Source of the DNA: Schmidtea polychroa
Lineage: Eukaryota
Assembly (NCBI GenBank): GCA_044892525.1
Contig: CM097885.1
Span: 42,968,001-43,032,000 of the forward strand
DNA: 64,000 nucleotides
Direction of reading: 5' to 3'
A program made the position numbers and the translations under genes. Shown piece after piece: positions 23,172-36,686 of this stretch. How positions within the stretch are numbered: the first letter of the stretch is position 1; every line of letters starts with the position of its first letter. The notes beneath the pieces are model-generated. The model was not told where the DNA came from, did not search any database, and saw nothing but the letters and a program-made list of their open reading frames with translations.

Positions 23172-24493
23172 TATATGGTCTTTCTTGATGTATCAAAATA
23201 CTGTTATTTATAAATTAACTAAAACATACTATATTATTTTACTGAATGATACCTTAAATGTTTTTAATATACCTATTTCTAAAATAAATCGACAGCTCAG
23301 ACCAACAACATGTATGGATAACCACCCATTGTTAATTTATTTCCAGTATCACGTCCCTCAAAAATACCGTGAGTGTTTTAACAAAACTGAGCTCAAAGAA
23401 ACTTTCCAGATAACAACTCACCTGAATGTTTTGAACAAAAATGAGAGAAATTGAGAACAAATGATTAGATGGCGATTAACTTCTGGCCACAACCCTAACA
23501 ACATGAAAATTAAGATTTTAATTATTGAAATCGTTGTTTTGTGTCTGGAAATACTAACAGAATATTTTTTAATTCAAAGAATCTTCATTATAAATTTTTG
23601 AATTTAAAAAATTAAATGAAGGATATATTAAATTTAAAATACATAATATTATAATATTATATAAAATTATACTGTATTTATTAATAAATTTAGAATACAT
23701 AAAATTATAATATTATAATATTATATAAAATTATAATATTATAATATTATATAAAATTATACTATATAATGATGTTAATGTTTAAATATGCTTAAATAAC
23801 TAAATTGTTTAAATATTTTTACATAACTAAATTTAAATTATTTAAACTTTTCATATAACTTTATTTCTTTCGTTTTAGTATCCATAAAGTAAGTAAATAA
23901 AGAATTTACTACAATATTTTAATTATTTTACTTAGTAATGAAGAAAATGAATTATATAATTATGAAGAAGATGAACCAGACAAAATGGTAAAACACTAAA
24001 GGAATTATGTTCTGGATTTAGAGATTTCTTATTAAAACATGAATTATTGGATTATGAGGAAGATGAACCAGACAAAATGGTGAAACACTAAATGACTTAT
24101 GTTCTGGATTTTTTAAATGAATTAGCTGATTGTGGGTGTCCTTTAACATGAATGTTTACTTATCAGATTTAAATTATGTAAACTTTCTTTCAACGAATGT
24201 CAAGAAAAATGGGAAAAACCGATGTTTTAGCAATTAAGTAAAGTACTCGTCATATCTGAAGAATATTATTATTAATGTAAGACATGAATTAATTCTTTAA
24301 AAAATATATATATTATATTTAGGTATCTGTGTTTTATGGTGGGAATTGATAAGAAATGACATTGAAAAAGTATACCACAAATAACAGTTGCCTAATAGTC
24401 AGACAGAATTTAATTTGTGACGATAAAATGCTAGATAACATCTGTAAGTTAATTGCTTTTAAATCAATATAAATTTTAGCAATGATAGTTGAC

Positions 24494-24977
24494 GCCGCAT
24501 CAGAAACTAAGAAATACGTCCAATTTGCAAGATGTATTCCAAATGGCCCGATGGAGATGGTAATTTTGAGATAGATTACCAGCAGAAGAGCGAGAAACCT
24601 TTTGTAAATTAAATATAATAGGGTTGGTGGGTCCTCTTTATCCCTTAATTAATATATATTTACAAGCTGATCGTTGTGGTGGGCGGTTGTAATCCAATTA
24701 GTGAAAGGCCTCTGTAAATATATATTTGTGTTAGTGAAAACATTAATTAAATTGGTTATAGTGCCAATGACGCATGTATTTTGTAATGTATTTTTATACG
24801 TTTCGAATGTGCTGGTAGTTGACTACACATGCTAGGCTTAATGTTCCGTACGGAAAACTATAATGCCCAGGTTCTTCTGACCCCATTTGGTGGAGGCACA
24901 GACGACCCTTGTGGACGTGAACAAATATCCACCGTGTCTTTCAGGCACAGATATTTGGTCACTGCTCATTAGGCCTG
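24494..24977 (-). repeat. Inverted copy of 20784-21268
   Basis: Match stops exactly where an AGTAGGTAGTTAGTAGC terminus begins (24978). Confidence 0.92.
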
Positions 24978-25430
24978 AGTAGGTAGTTAGTAGCTTACGG
25001 GAACAATTACCCCCCTCAGGGGGGGGGGGGGGGGGCGGGGGTAAATTGTTCCAACTTTTTATTACGCAATTGTTCCAACTCACATTTTTTGTGTTCAGGG
25101 ATTTTTAGTCCAAATTTTTTTTTATTAGACTATAGTGAGGGGGTCTCGATGGTCCTAGGATTTTCAATACAAAAATCCGACTACCACTAAAAAAGCCAAG
25201 GATTATTCAGACTATAGTGAAGGGGTCTCCTTGGTCCTCAGTATTTCAATACAAAAATCCGACTACCACTAAAAAAGCCAAGGATTATTCAGACTATAGT
25301 GAGGGGGTCTCCATGGTCCTAGAATTTACAATACAAAAAGGTGGTCTACACTAAAAAACAGTGGTAATTTAAGGTCTCAGGTTATTTTCAATACAAATTT
25401 GAATTAAACTTTTTTTTTGAATTAATTTAA
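24978..25430 (+). mobile_element. Polinton-type terminal repeat fragment with 82-bp tandem units
   Basis: Starts AGTAGGTAGTTAGTAGC, G-tract, then 82-bp units at 25127, 25209, 25291; homologous to 28073-28440. Confidence 0.7.
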
Positions 25431-27103
25431 TTCTAGCTAATTTTGAATCCTAATTTTTATCGATTATAATGGCAATTTTTTATAAATTATTATTAATTTC
25501 ATTTTCTAAATTTTATATTTGATTTGATTTTAGTTATATTTGCCACCATAATGGATATGAATGTTTCAAGAATATTCCAAGATGTTTTTTGGTATTTGTA
25601 ATATATAACTCTTATTTGTTCGTAATTTTTTGTTGGTTCTTTTTACTTTTTATTAATTTGAATTCTAATATGTTTATTTTTTATTATCTTTGTTGCATTT
25701 TGGCGACCATGATGAATTTCGCTATATTTTTTACAAATTGTTATGTTTTCATATTTGTTTTTGCTGTGATTTTTATTTCTAATTGTTTTAATCATTTTAT
25801 GGAAACCTTTCTGATTTCCGTTCCTATTTTTCTTTATCGTTGTTAATTCAAATCTGTTTACTGCTGTTATGTATTCATGTTGTGTTTGAGTGGACTTTAT
25901 GCAATACTTCTTGTTTATGTTTGATTTTTCTTTTAATTTGGGTTTGTTCCTTTTATGTGCTGTAAATTTTATTAATTTTGTTTAGTTAGTGTTTTAACGT
26001 GTTTTTAATTTCACTTAACTTAGTGTTTATGTATGCGTGTTGTGTTTGCATGCATTATGTCACGATGTATATACCTGGGCCTAATCTCAGTTTATGCCCA
26101 ACAATAGAATATATGTTAGTACCTCTAGAGATACCTTCAAATTGATTCTTTTTTAAAATGAATAATTTGATGAAGAAAATTCGGAAATTGTAATTAAAAT
26201 TACAAATAATAAAAATTTGAAAATTTCAGTAAAATCATTTTTATCTTGAAAAAGATTTTCCAAAATTTCTTGTTAAATATTGATTGATAAATAAAAGAAA
26301 TTAAGTTATAGGAAATTGAAATTTTAAATTTGTAAAATTATTACTGTTGCTATTTGTATTAGCAAATATATATTAACATTGGATTAAACTAAAATTTAAC
26401 TTGATAAAATATGTTTAATTAAATTTTTTTAAATGGTTACAAAATTTAAATATCTCTCTTTTTGTATTATTTTTTAGTTTCAAAATTTTCGGGACTTATG
26501 TCTCAAGAATAGTTCAATATATCGAATGGCAGATTTTAGCAAATACCAACCAATATCTTCCAACACCTATTGTAACAATATTTAAATCATTTATATAACA
26601 TTATACAAAATTTTAATAACGTTTTTAATTTTTAATATTTATTATAAAATATAAACTATATAATATAAAAAAAACTTTTATGTATTTTTTAAAAAATGAG
26701 CTCAAGCTTTTGCTTATGTGCAATTTAACTATTTATTAAATAAACAAATAAAAGAGACTTTATGAAATTGTTATTTTCGATGTTTTGTAAACATTTAAAC
26801 AAGAGAAATATAAAAACATGTCAAAATATATATAATTTCATCTTTTTATCAGCTGTTTAACATCAATTACGAACCTTTTTGTACAAATTGAAACTATTTC
26901 TTTTAAAATTTGTATTCCTAATATTACATGATGAAATTTAATCCTTGAAATTAATTTATTATTTTGATTTTACTTTGAAAATGAAGAGTTCTTTCAATGT
27001 GTTTAAAATATTAAAAATCGCAACTTGATACTTTGATTAAAAAAAACTAATTAAATTTCTAAAGAAATTTAAACAATATAGATAATATAATTAGTTGGTA
27101 TTA

Positions 27104-27224
<121 letters not shown>

Positions 27225-28459
27225 TAATAAAATGATCATCGTCATCATCACCACTGCTTTGGTATTGACATTGTTTTCTTTTCTATTTTATTACAAATAT
27301 TTACTAATTATTAATACAATCTTAAATTTCTCAAAAAAATGAAAAAGTTGTATCGATTTAGAAAATTATGTATCAAATGACAAAAAGTGCTTCAATTAAA
27401 AAATGACCAATAGATACAAAACATAATTTAATCGCTCATTTGAGAATTATTTTGTTAACTTTTCTTGTTATTTTCTAATAGTAATGTTCAGTATGTATAA
27501 TGCTTTTTTTAAGTAGTTTCATAGCGCATTGAAACAATTATTAAGCAATGTTTTCTCATGATTATATATATTGAAATTGAAGGCAGTGCAACATTGCTTA
27601 AATTCATATATGAAGGTTCACATACCTATATAGAATATCCTCGACCTCTGCAAATAATCAATTAACTTTTCCAAAAATCTTGTGATATGATAATAAAAAT
27701 TGCGTATGTCCCCTTACAATTCAATATATTATTTTTTATAAAATATAACTGAATTCAATCATTATATAATGAAATAAAAGTTCAATAAAATGAAATATTT
27801 CACGGTTTCTTTATGAAATTTTTCTGATGTGAGGAAAAATATCCTGAAAAACATTACAAAAATGAGTTTTAAAATTTTGTATTTTGTTCAATTTGTATTT
27901 ATGAAAGTTCATATTTAATGTTTTGGGTTTTAATTGGGTTTCAATTGAAGTTTAAGTAGGTGGTTTTGACTCATCGTGTTCTATAAAATAAGACAACACT
28001 CCCAACGTATATTTGTATTTACGATCTCTTAAGTTTTTCTCTTAAGTTTTTGTTTATCCTACTTCCAATTAAAGTATGTAGTTAGTAGCCGGGGGGCGGT
28101 AAAATTGTTGCAACTCACTTTTTTTGCTTTCAGGGATTTTCAATACAAAATATTTTTTTCAATACAAAATTCGACTATCACTAAAAAAGCCAAGGATTAT
28201 TCAAACTATAATGAGGGTGTCTCGATGGTCCTGGGATTTTCAATACAGAAAAAAATTTTTTCAATACAAATCCGATTATCACTAAAAAAGCCAAGGATTA
28301 TTCAGATTATAGTGAAGGGGTCTCCATGGTCCTGAGAACTTCAATACAAAAAAAAATATTTTCAATAGAAAAAAGCGGTCTACACTAAAAAACGTGGTAA
28401 ATTTTTAAAATAAAATAAATTATGGGCTAAGATTTTTTGAATTAGATTAAATTATGTAA

Positions 28460-29022
28460 ATTAAGTAAATTAAGGTTCAAATTTTTGAATTAAAGTGAAT
28501 TAAGGTTCAAATTTTTCGATTAAAGTAAATTAAGGTTCATATTTTTGAATTAGAGTAAATTATGGGTTCAAATTATGAAATTAAAGTAAATGATGGGTCT
28601 AATAATTGTATTAAAGCAATCAATGGGCTGAAATAAGTAAATTAAGGTTCAGATTTTTCGATTAAAGTAAATTAAGGTTCTAAAAATTAAATAAAAGTAA
28701 ATTAAGGTTCAAATTTTTGAATTAAAGCAAATTTAGGTTCAAATTTTTGAATTAAAGTAAATTAAGGTTCAAATTTTTCGATTAAAGTAAATTAAGGTTC
28801 ATATTTTTGAATTAGAGTAAATTATGGGTTCAAATTATGAAATTAAAGTAAATGATTGGTCTAATAATTTTATTAAAGTAATCAATGGGCTGAAATAAGT
28901 AAATTAAGGTTCAGATTTTTCGATTAAAGTAAATTAAGGTTCTAAAAATTAAATAAAAGTAAATTAAGGTTCAAATTTTTGAATTAAAGCAAATTAAGGT
29001 TCAGATTTTTCGATTAAAGTAA
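28460..29022. repeat. 30-bp minisatellite (ATTAAAGTAAATTAAGGTTCAAATTTTTGA) with about 262-bp higher-order duplication
   Basis: Directly visible; variant block at 28513 recurs at 28775. Confidence 0.93.
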
Positions 29023-29322
29023 ATGATGGGTATTTGAAATGATGGGAGTATTTGTAGGATTTATTACTTCAAAGGTTCGATTTGAATTATTTATTCTAAA
29101 ATATTTAATTTCTTCATCCATCTTTACTTTTTCATATTGTATCAATGAATTACTGTAATAAGGAAAAGTATTATACACAAAGGTGAAGTCCATGAGAGCT
29201 ACTTCCCATTCACCATCCAAGTAAATAGGATTTTGAAATTCGACATTAGCTTTACTAGCTTCATTATCAGGGAAAATAAGAGGACAACTATTAGAAGGTA
29301 AAATAATATAAAAATCTTTCAT
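29014..29322 (-). pseudogene. Polinton minor capsid (penton-like) protein, N-terminal fragment
   Basis: DFYIILPSNS..FPDN..S....F.NPIYLDGEWEVALMD motif; truncated by the 30-bp array. Confidence 0.75.
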
Positions 29323-29327
29323 AATAT

Positions 29328-29790
29328 TTATTTAATCAATTGATTTTCGGATATCCAAGTTGGAGTTTCATATCCATGTCATATAACATAGTATTGTTTA
29401 TATTTACCATCTTTTTTGGTTTTTAAAATCTTTTGAATTCTAAATATTGTAGGAGCAGGAATAACTTGGAGTTCTTGTTCATAGAATTTGCCAGTGATTG
29501 GTTTGTTTTCATGATCAACTATCACATACATGACAGGATTCTGTTTTGTATCGATTTTAAAAATTTGATATACTTCATCACTCCAATTATTATCAAAGTT
29601 TTTGATGAATGGTGAAGAATTGATTTTAGTAAAATCAACAGGTGTTTGTCCTTTTAATCCTCTGTGTGTTGAATGATTATAACTGAAAATGATTTTTGGC
29701 AAAACATTTATCCAAGTTTTATTACTTTGATATACAAAATATTTTTTCAAACGTTCTCTTAAAGTTCGATTAAATCGGTCTCGTCGTGTG
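29328..29790 (-). pseudogene. Polinton integrase C-terminal part with chromodomain
   Basis: RFNRTLRERL, YNHSTHRGLKGQTP, WSDEVY, GKFYEQELQ, FRIQKILK..YYVI*HGY..PTWI. Confidence 0.88.
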
Positions 29791-31165
29791 TTGAAGTATA
29801 CGATTTTAATTCTATAATATAAGACTGGTGTCATCATCATGATATATAGAAGTTGTTAAATTACGGCGTAAATTTAGAGACTTTTGAGCTCATTTCCATG
29901 GAAATTATGCATTTTTCTATATATAGACTATATATTTTCTTTTATGTTATAAAATTCCGAGTTTAAAAAAAATCTCCAGGGGAGTGGTAGTGGTGTAGAT
30001 GGGATATGGTGTAGATGGGACATGGCGTGGAAGGGACATATCCATCTACTAATATTCTACAAAATCCTACTTTAGACAAAATTCATTATTATTATTTTTT
30101 TTCTTTCTATCCTTTCCTTTATCAAATAAACTCTAGTGCTATTAATGAAAACATCGTATTTATAAATAATATAAATAATTTTAAAGTTTTTTATACATTT
30201 TTAGGATCATGTTCATATTCCTCACTTATAATAATATGTTCATATATTCCCCCTTTATATTATTATAAAAATAAATAAAATAGAAATATTAAAATAAAAA
30301 CCACTAATAAATTTACTTAAAAATAAATTTTAACTAAATCAATTAGTGGTTGAAAATTATTCAAAAAAATATTGTCTCACCACATTATTTATTATTTATT
30401 AAACTAAATATATTATTATAGTATTTATTATTATATTATTTATTATGGAAAAGATGAACAAGATCCCATTTTTATATTAAATTATAATATTATAATATAA
30501 CTGTGCTGTGATATTAATTTGTGAGTGATTATTAGGTAGATAAATGCAGGTTTTCGTTTTTATATTCACATTGTTTTTCAGTAGTTTTAGAATTGTTCTA
30601 ATAAAATAAATTTGCATTTTTCTTTATTATTATTTTTAGTTTTGTTTTAGTTTCACATTATTAAGAGAAATATAATTATAGCATAATATTAATATGTAGA
30701 CACAATAAAAAACAGAAGTACTATTTTAATTCAAATTGGCTAATAAAATATACATAGCTGCACAAATCTAACTTATTTGAAGGAAGGTGCAAAATATTTT
30801 CTTAGGCCTTTTGCAATTCATTTGAAAGAAGTTGCTACAGTAAAATTGCACGAACAAAGTGATTGTCACAGAGAATCTTCTAGTTAAAGTTTATTCAAGA
30901 AGTGGGGGGTTAAGAAAGACAGGCCGGAGAGTTAAAAGTTATAGTAATCGAACTAGCACATATTTACTACAATGTCAAACATAACTTTAAATTGATTATG
31001 TTTGTTAAATTGATTACTAAAGCTAATTCAAAAAAACACTGCCGAACGACCAAAATGTGTTCAAAGTTCCTGCGGTAAAATGTTTTTGAACCTAAAATAT
31101 TGGAAGACTTTATACTGGTTATTAAATAATTAAAGTCCGGTATATTCTCAAGTCTATTTTATTAC

Positions 31166-34100
31166 ATAACAGTTCAATTATTTATCTTGTTAGAATCGAA
31201 GACTAATATATAATATTGAACATGAAATATAAGACATGTTCAAGACACACAATAACACAGTCGCATCAAACCATTCACGACAAGTATTAATTAGATAATT
31301 TAATGGTTAGATTACGTATATCTACTGCTTTAAAAGGCTTTAGTTATTCTGAAATATCGTAGGGCCTGAGTTATCTAACATTCCGTAATTCTTTTCATGT
31401 ATTTTCTTTGTTATTTTCATGGGACCCTTGTATCTATTATCATATTTATTTCGTATATCTATTTTAATTAATACTTTATCTATAATGTTGAAAGTTCTTT
31501 GAATTCTTTTATGATTGTTATAACAGTACTATTGCGTACTATTAATCGAGACATTCGATTAGATCAAGACGGAATAAAATTTAATCAGGCATTTATTAGA
31601 TATGCTAATAATAAATTTAATTAGCTAATCCTTCTTACTCTGTCAAATCTGGAATAGAAGCTATTATAGAAGATGATGTAACAAAGATATTTTCATCAAA
31701 TGAAATGGATGTTTTGAATTTATCAAGCCAAACTCATTCATATCAACGTATGAACCATTAATTGCCAAATTTTATGGGTGGTTGGAATTTTTACTAGATA
31801 CGCCATTCTGTTGCCATCTCGATTGCGTACTCTTCTGAGAAGAAATGATTCTGAAGGCTATGGATTTAATTTACATTCGATTTTTTATATTGAAGTAAAC
31901 GGTTTCAATGTTCATGACGAAAACCATCAACATGTTTTTAAAAAAATTAAAGAAAATCCTCCAACAGTCACTCTGTTGATTATCGATGCAGATGAATACA
32001 ATTATTGTAGAGGAATATTGCAATTACGAAAGATGTGAATAAGCCAGCTAATAGAGTTCAGCACAATGAAACGCCACTATCTCGAACTAATTAATGTTGT
32101 TAGCTGCAACTGCAGTCATATCCAGTCTTTTCAATGGCAATATTTCCTCATCAGTCAAGGACAAAACCACAACAGTTCGAAATTGTCTTTCCACATGGCC
32201 ATTTGTCTGGTGATGATATGAGCTTAAGAAATTTAAGTTGATATTACTTTCAGTTGTCAGTAGTTTAAATTCCTTTGATTCAAAACATTTCTCTCCATCT
32301 ACGTAGATTACTTTTGGTGAACTAAATTTTAATATCCATTTATATAATAGAATGTTACATATCGTCCTCTCATCTTGGGATTTAAAAGATTCGAAAACAA
32401 CATATTTATTGAATAAGCCAATCATGGTCATAATATACTTTTTTTCACTAACTTCATCTTGAGTGGATCACAAAATTCAATGAAAACACTTTCAAATGGT
32501 TCATTTGACTATAATTCATGAACTATTTCACGTATTTTTGATGTTATCACAATTATAGTGATTTCATTTACTAACGGTACTAAAAATATATTTCTAATGT
32601 ATTCTTTGTGAATTTATTTTATAGAAGCTTTACTCTTCACTTTCAGAATATTGATTTTATTTTCATATTTAATCAAATTATCACTTAGCAAATATTTGGT
32701 AGATTTGCCCGATAGGATTGTATTTTTAATTTTTTCAATTTCATCGTCCTTATTTTTGCCACTTTAACATACCTCACTGTCATTCATCGCAAAATTTTAG
32801 TTCTCATTTTTTTCACTTTTGCATCTGGATAATTGAGGTTACTCTGTGGTCACTTTCTAATATCCATTATTGATAAAGCATCTGGAATGGAATGGAATTC
32901 GATTTTCGATATTCTAGTTTCATACTCAAACTACTTAAAAAGTTGATTCAACTTTGAAATTGAGCTGTTATTGGTTTCCTTGATGTCATCAAATGTTAAA
33001 GCTTTGTGACCAGTGCATAATGTGAATTTTCTTCCATAAAGGTAGTGTTTGAAATGTAGTGTAAATTGAAAAGGACAACAATTATTTTCTTGTTATGCAA
33101 TAACCAATCTCGTGAGTATTCAAACTCTTAGAATCATAAGTTATGACGTTTTTATTATTGAAACTATTTCTTTGTAATAATACGGCATCTATGGTGTTGA
33201 AACTCGAATTTGGATCAAGGATGAATTCTTTTCCAAAATCCGGATGTGCTAGTATCGGTGCGTTGACCATTTGATATATAAGTTTGTCAAAAAACTTTTC
33301 ACACTCTTCAGACCATTGAATTTTATCTTTTGTAGACGTGATTAATTTTTCACATTTTCATTTTTTCATTTTCATTTTTTTTAATAGTTTTTAATAAATT
33401 TCTGGTAATAGTTCGTTAATCCTAAATACACTACGGAAATGTTTTACACAATGAGATTTTTTAAAATGAATTAGTATTAATTTTATCAGGGTCAGTTTTA
33501 ACACATTCTCTATTTATTATATGTCCCAGAAACTTTAATTTTGTCAATAAAAATTTACATTAATCGAAATTCATTTTCAATCCTTAATCGCTAATACTTT
33601 TAAACAATTGTTTAATGCGTTTCTTATGTTCATCAATCATCTTGGAAAAAATTAGAATGTCATCAAAATATACCAGTGCTTCCTTACACATGATATCTCC
33701 AACCATGATAGTTTTGGAATATTGTTGGAGCTGCTGCTATGCCAAATGACATTCTATTAAAGCAATACTGTCTAAACTTTGTTGAAAAACCTAATTTTCT
33801 TTTGATTCTTCTTCAAATTGATTGAACTAAAATAGACTCATATAATGAGTACAACATTTCATCAACATTAGGAATTAGAAATGCCGACCTAACAGTGTTT
33901 TCATTTAATAATCTAAAGTCTAAGCACATTCAAATATCATTTGCTATTTTCTTCGCATCGCAGACAATCGGTGAATTCCAAGGAGATTCGCATGTCCTTA
34001 TAATTCCATTATTCTTGTAATGTATGGGTTATCTCGTCGGTTTAATAATTAATGGATTACAATTTGTTTGTATTTTATGGTTTAAAGTATCCGTTAGGCC

Positions 34101-35835
34101 TATGAACCATTTATTCAACATGAATATATTTGGAAAGCTATTTATTATCTCTATTAATTCATGTGACCGTGAAATATCTTTCATTTTAATCAATTTTTCA
34201 AATTCATTTTAATTAATTCTTTTATTTTCTAAATTTTCTATTGAGCTTAGTAAATATATATTATTTATAATTTTACTAACATTATTATATTTATGTAATT
34301 CCATTAACCTGATATTCATTTCGTGTAATAAATCAATTAAATATTGATATAAAATAATTTGCAATTATAATCAATTTTTCATATTTAATTTCAATATTTC
34401 TAAAACCAGATATATTATTATCTTATCTTTTTATAATTTACACTGTTGATATTAATATTTATTAGTTCAGCTACTCTTTTACTTACAACACTAATTTTAG
34501 CCCCTGTATCTAATAAGTAATTATATTATTTATTTTATACTTAATAAATGGTCTACCATCATCATTATTATAGTTAATTAAATTTTAATACTTATCACTA
34601 AAATACTTTTTTACAATTTTCAAATTCAACCATATCATTATTTTCATTCATTGCAAAAGTTTCATCATTATTTATGTCCATACTAATTAATTATGTAAAT
34701 TCATTAAAATAATTTTTATTAAACAAACAATCAAAATCATCAAAACATTCATTCAGACATTCCTTATCACATATTAGCACTATCATTAATTACTTTTGAT
34801 TGAGAGCTCCTAGAACTTTCTCTTTGGTTGGAGCTTTAAAGTTTCCTGACTCATCATTAAATAAAGGTACACTGTTTGTAACCTCGATTATTGTGTTGAT
34901 TTCTAAAATTCCTTTCTTTATTGAAATTTCTAAAATTCTCACTGCCTCTGTTATTGCTGGGTCTTTGAAATCTATTTACTTGGTTTCGTCCAGCATGCCT
35001 TTCAAAACATTGAAATTATAAATGTCCATTTTCATTTCAATGGGAACATTTAATATTTTCGACATTCTGGTCTGATATGACCTTCTTTCATTACATTGAA
35101 TATGGCTATGAAATCGATTGTGTCGACTAGAAATTTCATTTTTCTGTTTAGAAAATTATTACCCTTATACAAAGGTTTAGACTTCATTGAGCTGTAATTA
35201 TTATCAACCGCCTGCTCATAGGTTCTTTTATTCAATGGAGCTACATTTTCATTGAGTTTCGATTCTTTCACTTTTTTTCAAAATATATATTACATATTTA
35301 CTTAGCACTGGACCCCTCTGTCCTTCTTCATTATCAACTTTCCTTCTTTTTTGTAGAATTTCGCCTTAATTAGGTCCTCTGTAATTTCGTAACGCTGAAT
35401 TTCTTTTTTATCTTTCACAATCCAAACAATATTTTATTAAATATTCTGTTAATTTATTATATTTCTTCCTGCTTCTCTCGTCTAAATATGATTGAACAAT
35501 GACATTTCTATGTTATTCATTTTGTTTGATTATATCAAAATAGTTTTTATTAACATGACAAATTCTTTAAGATCTTTAAAGAGTACATTTTTGGTTGAGG
35601 AATAATCTGCAGCAATTTGGATATTTCTATGCTGTTCGAGATCGAGATGTTAAATAAATTAAATTCTAGAATTTTCTAATATCTATTTTATGGCACAACA
35701 GTTCAAGTAATTATCTCGTTAGGATCGAATATTATTGTGTAATACTGAACATGAAATAAGAGACGTGTTTCAGACATACAACAACATACACACACGCATC
35801 AAACCATTCAAGATAATTATTAATTTGGTAATTTA
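31166..35835 (-). mobile_element. Decayed Ty3/Gypsy LTR retrotransposon
   Basis: Diverged direct repeats at about 31166-31310 and 35695-35835; zinc-knuckle remnant (35060), YLLDTGAKISV (34500), RMSFG/VYFDDILIFS (33650-33760), RNase H APILAHPDF (33250), integrase HQTNGHVERQFRT (32190) and RYKGP tail (31420); many stops and frameshifts. Confidence 0.9.
31800..32012 (+). pseudogene. NHERF/PDZK1-like PDZ domain fragment with internal deletion
   Basis: PSRLRTLLRRNDSEGYGFNLHS / IEVNGFNVHDENHQHVFKKIKENPPTVTLLIID..EY resembles the NHERF PDZ pattern; central strands missing. Confidence 0.8.
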
Positions 35836-36219
35836 ATTACACCTAATTCCAGATGTTAAAAGTCTCTATAATACATGTTGGTGTGTTCATCAGTTGATGA
35901 CTCACCATTTATGAGAGAGTTTATTTCATTTTTTCATTTTTTCATTTTCAATTCAATTTTATTTATGGCTTTAGAAGTAAGTTTTTTAAATTTAAGTATA
36001 TTTTAAGGCTTGAATTTTGATTTCATATAATTATGAAATTATTCAAGCTCTTAAATATTACTTGTAATCAGCATTTATAATATATTGATAATTAAATTTC
36101 AGGTGCTTTTTTAGGTATTTTATGATATGTTATGAATTTGGAATTATTTCAATAAAATGTAAGTTATATATATTTTTAACTAAAAAGAAATAAAATAATC
36201 ACCAAACAAATTTATTTTT

Positions 36220-36686
36220 TTAAGAAATAATGGTTCCAATCGATTTTTTGGAGATTCCCAGTAATCTTCCAAAATCTTTATAATTTTCTCCATTTTCATA
36301 TGCCTTGATGAGACGGATTTTGTCATTTTCTGAAATTCTTTGAAAATATTATTTTTTTTAAATAAGTTATTAAAATTTACGATTTTCGAATTTTTTTCTT
36401 CAATTCCAAAGATGTCGATGGAACTTGTTGAATATCTTCACACAAAGGCGTTTGACTAGAAATATCTGATATGCTGTAGAATATTTTAATTATTTGTAAT
36501 TAAATAAAAAAAATCTTACATTGTCAGATCTTCACCTTCGCAAAATGGAAATGCCTCCAAAGAAATATCTGAAAATCTAAAGAAATATTAACTTCAAAAA
36601 TATTTTATAAATAGATCTTCGTCGTCCATTTCTCGAAAACTCAAAGTTGAGTTGTCAGATTCAAAATCCAAATTTTTTTCAGCCAT
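36220..36686 (-). CDS. Small spliced gene or pseudogene: acidic N-terminus plus transposase-like HTH
   Basis: GT-AG introns 36474-36519 and 36338-36380 keep the frame; last exon ISENDKIRLIKAYENGENYKDFGRLLGISKKSIGTIIS; first intron donor unresolved. Confidence 0.55.

Larger units (their letters stand above)
28073..30300. mobile_element. Second, decayed Polinton (terminus, tandem repeats, penton and integrase remnants); right boundary approximate
   Basis: AGTATGTAGTTAGTAGC start; tandem repeats; minor capsid and chromodomain-integrase fragments on the minus strand. Confidence 0.8.
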
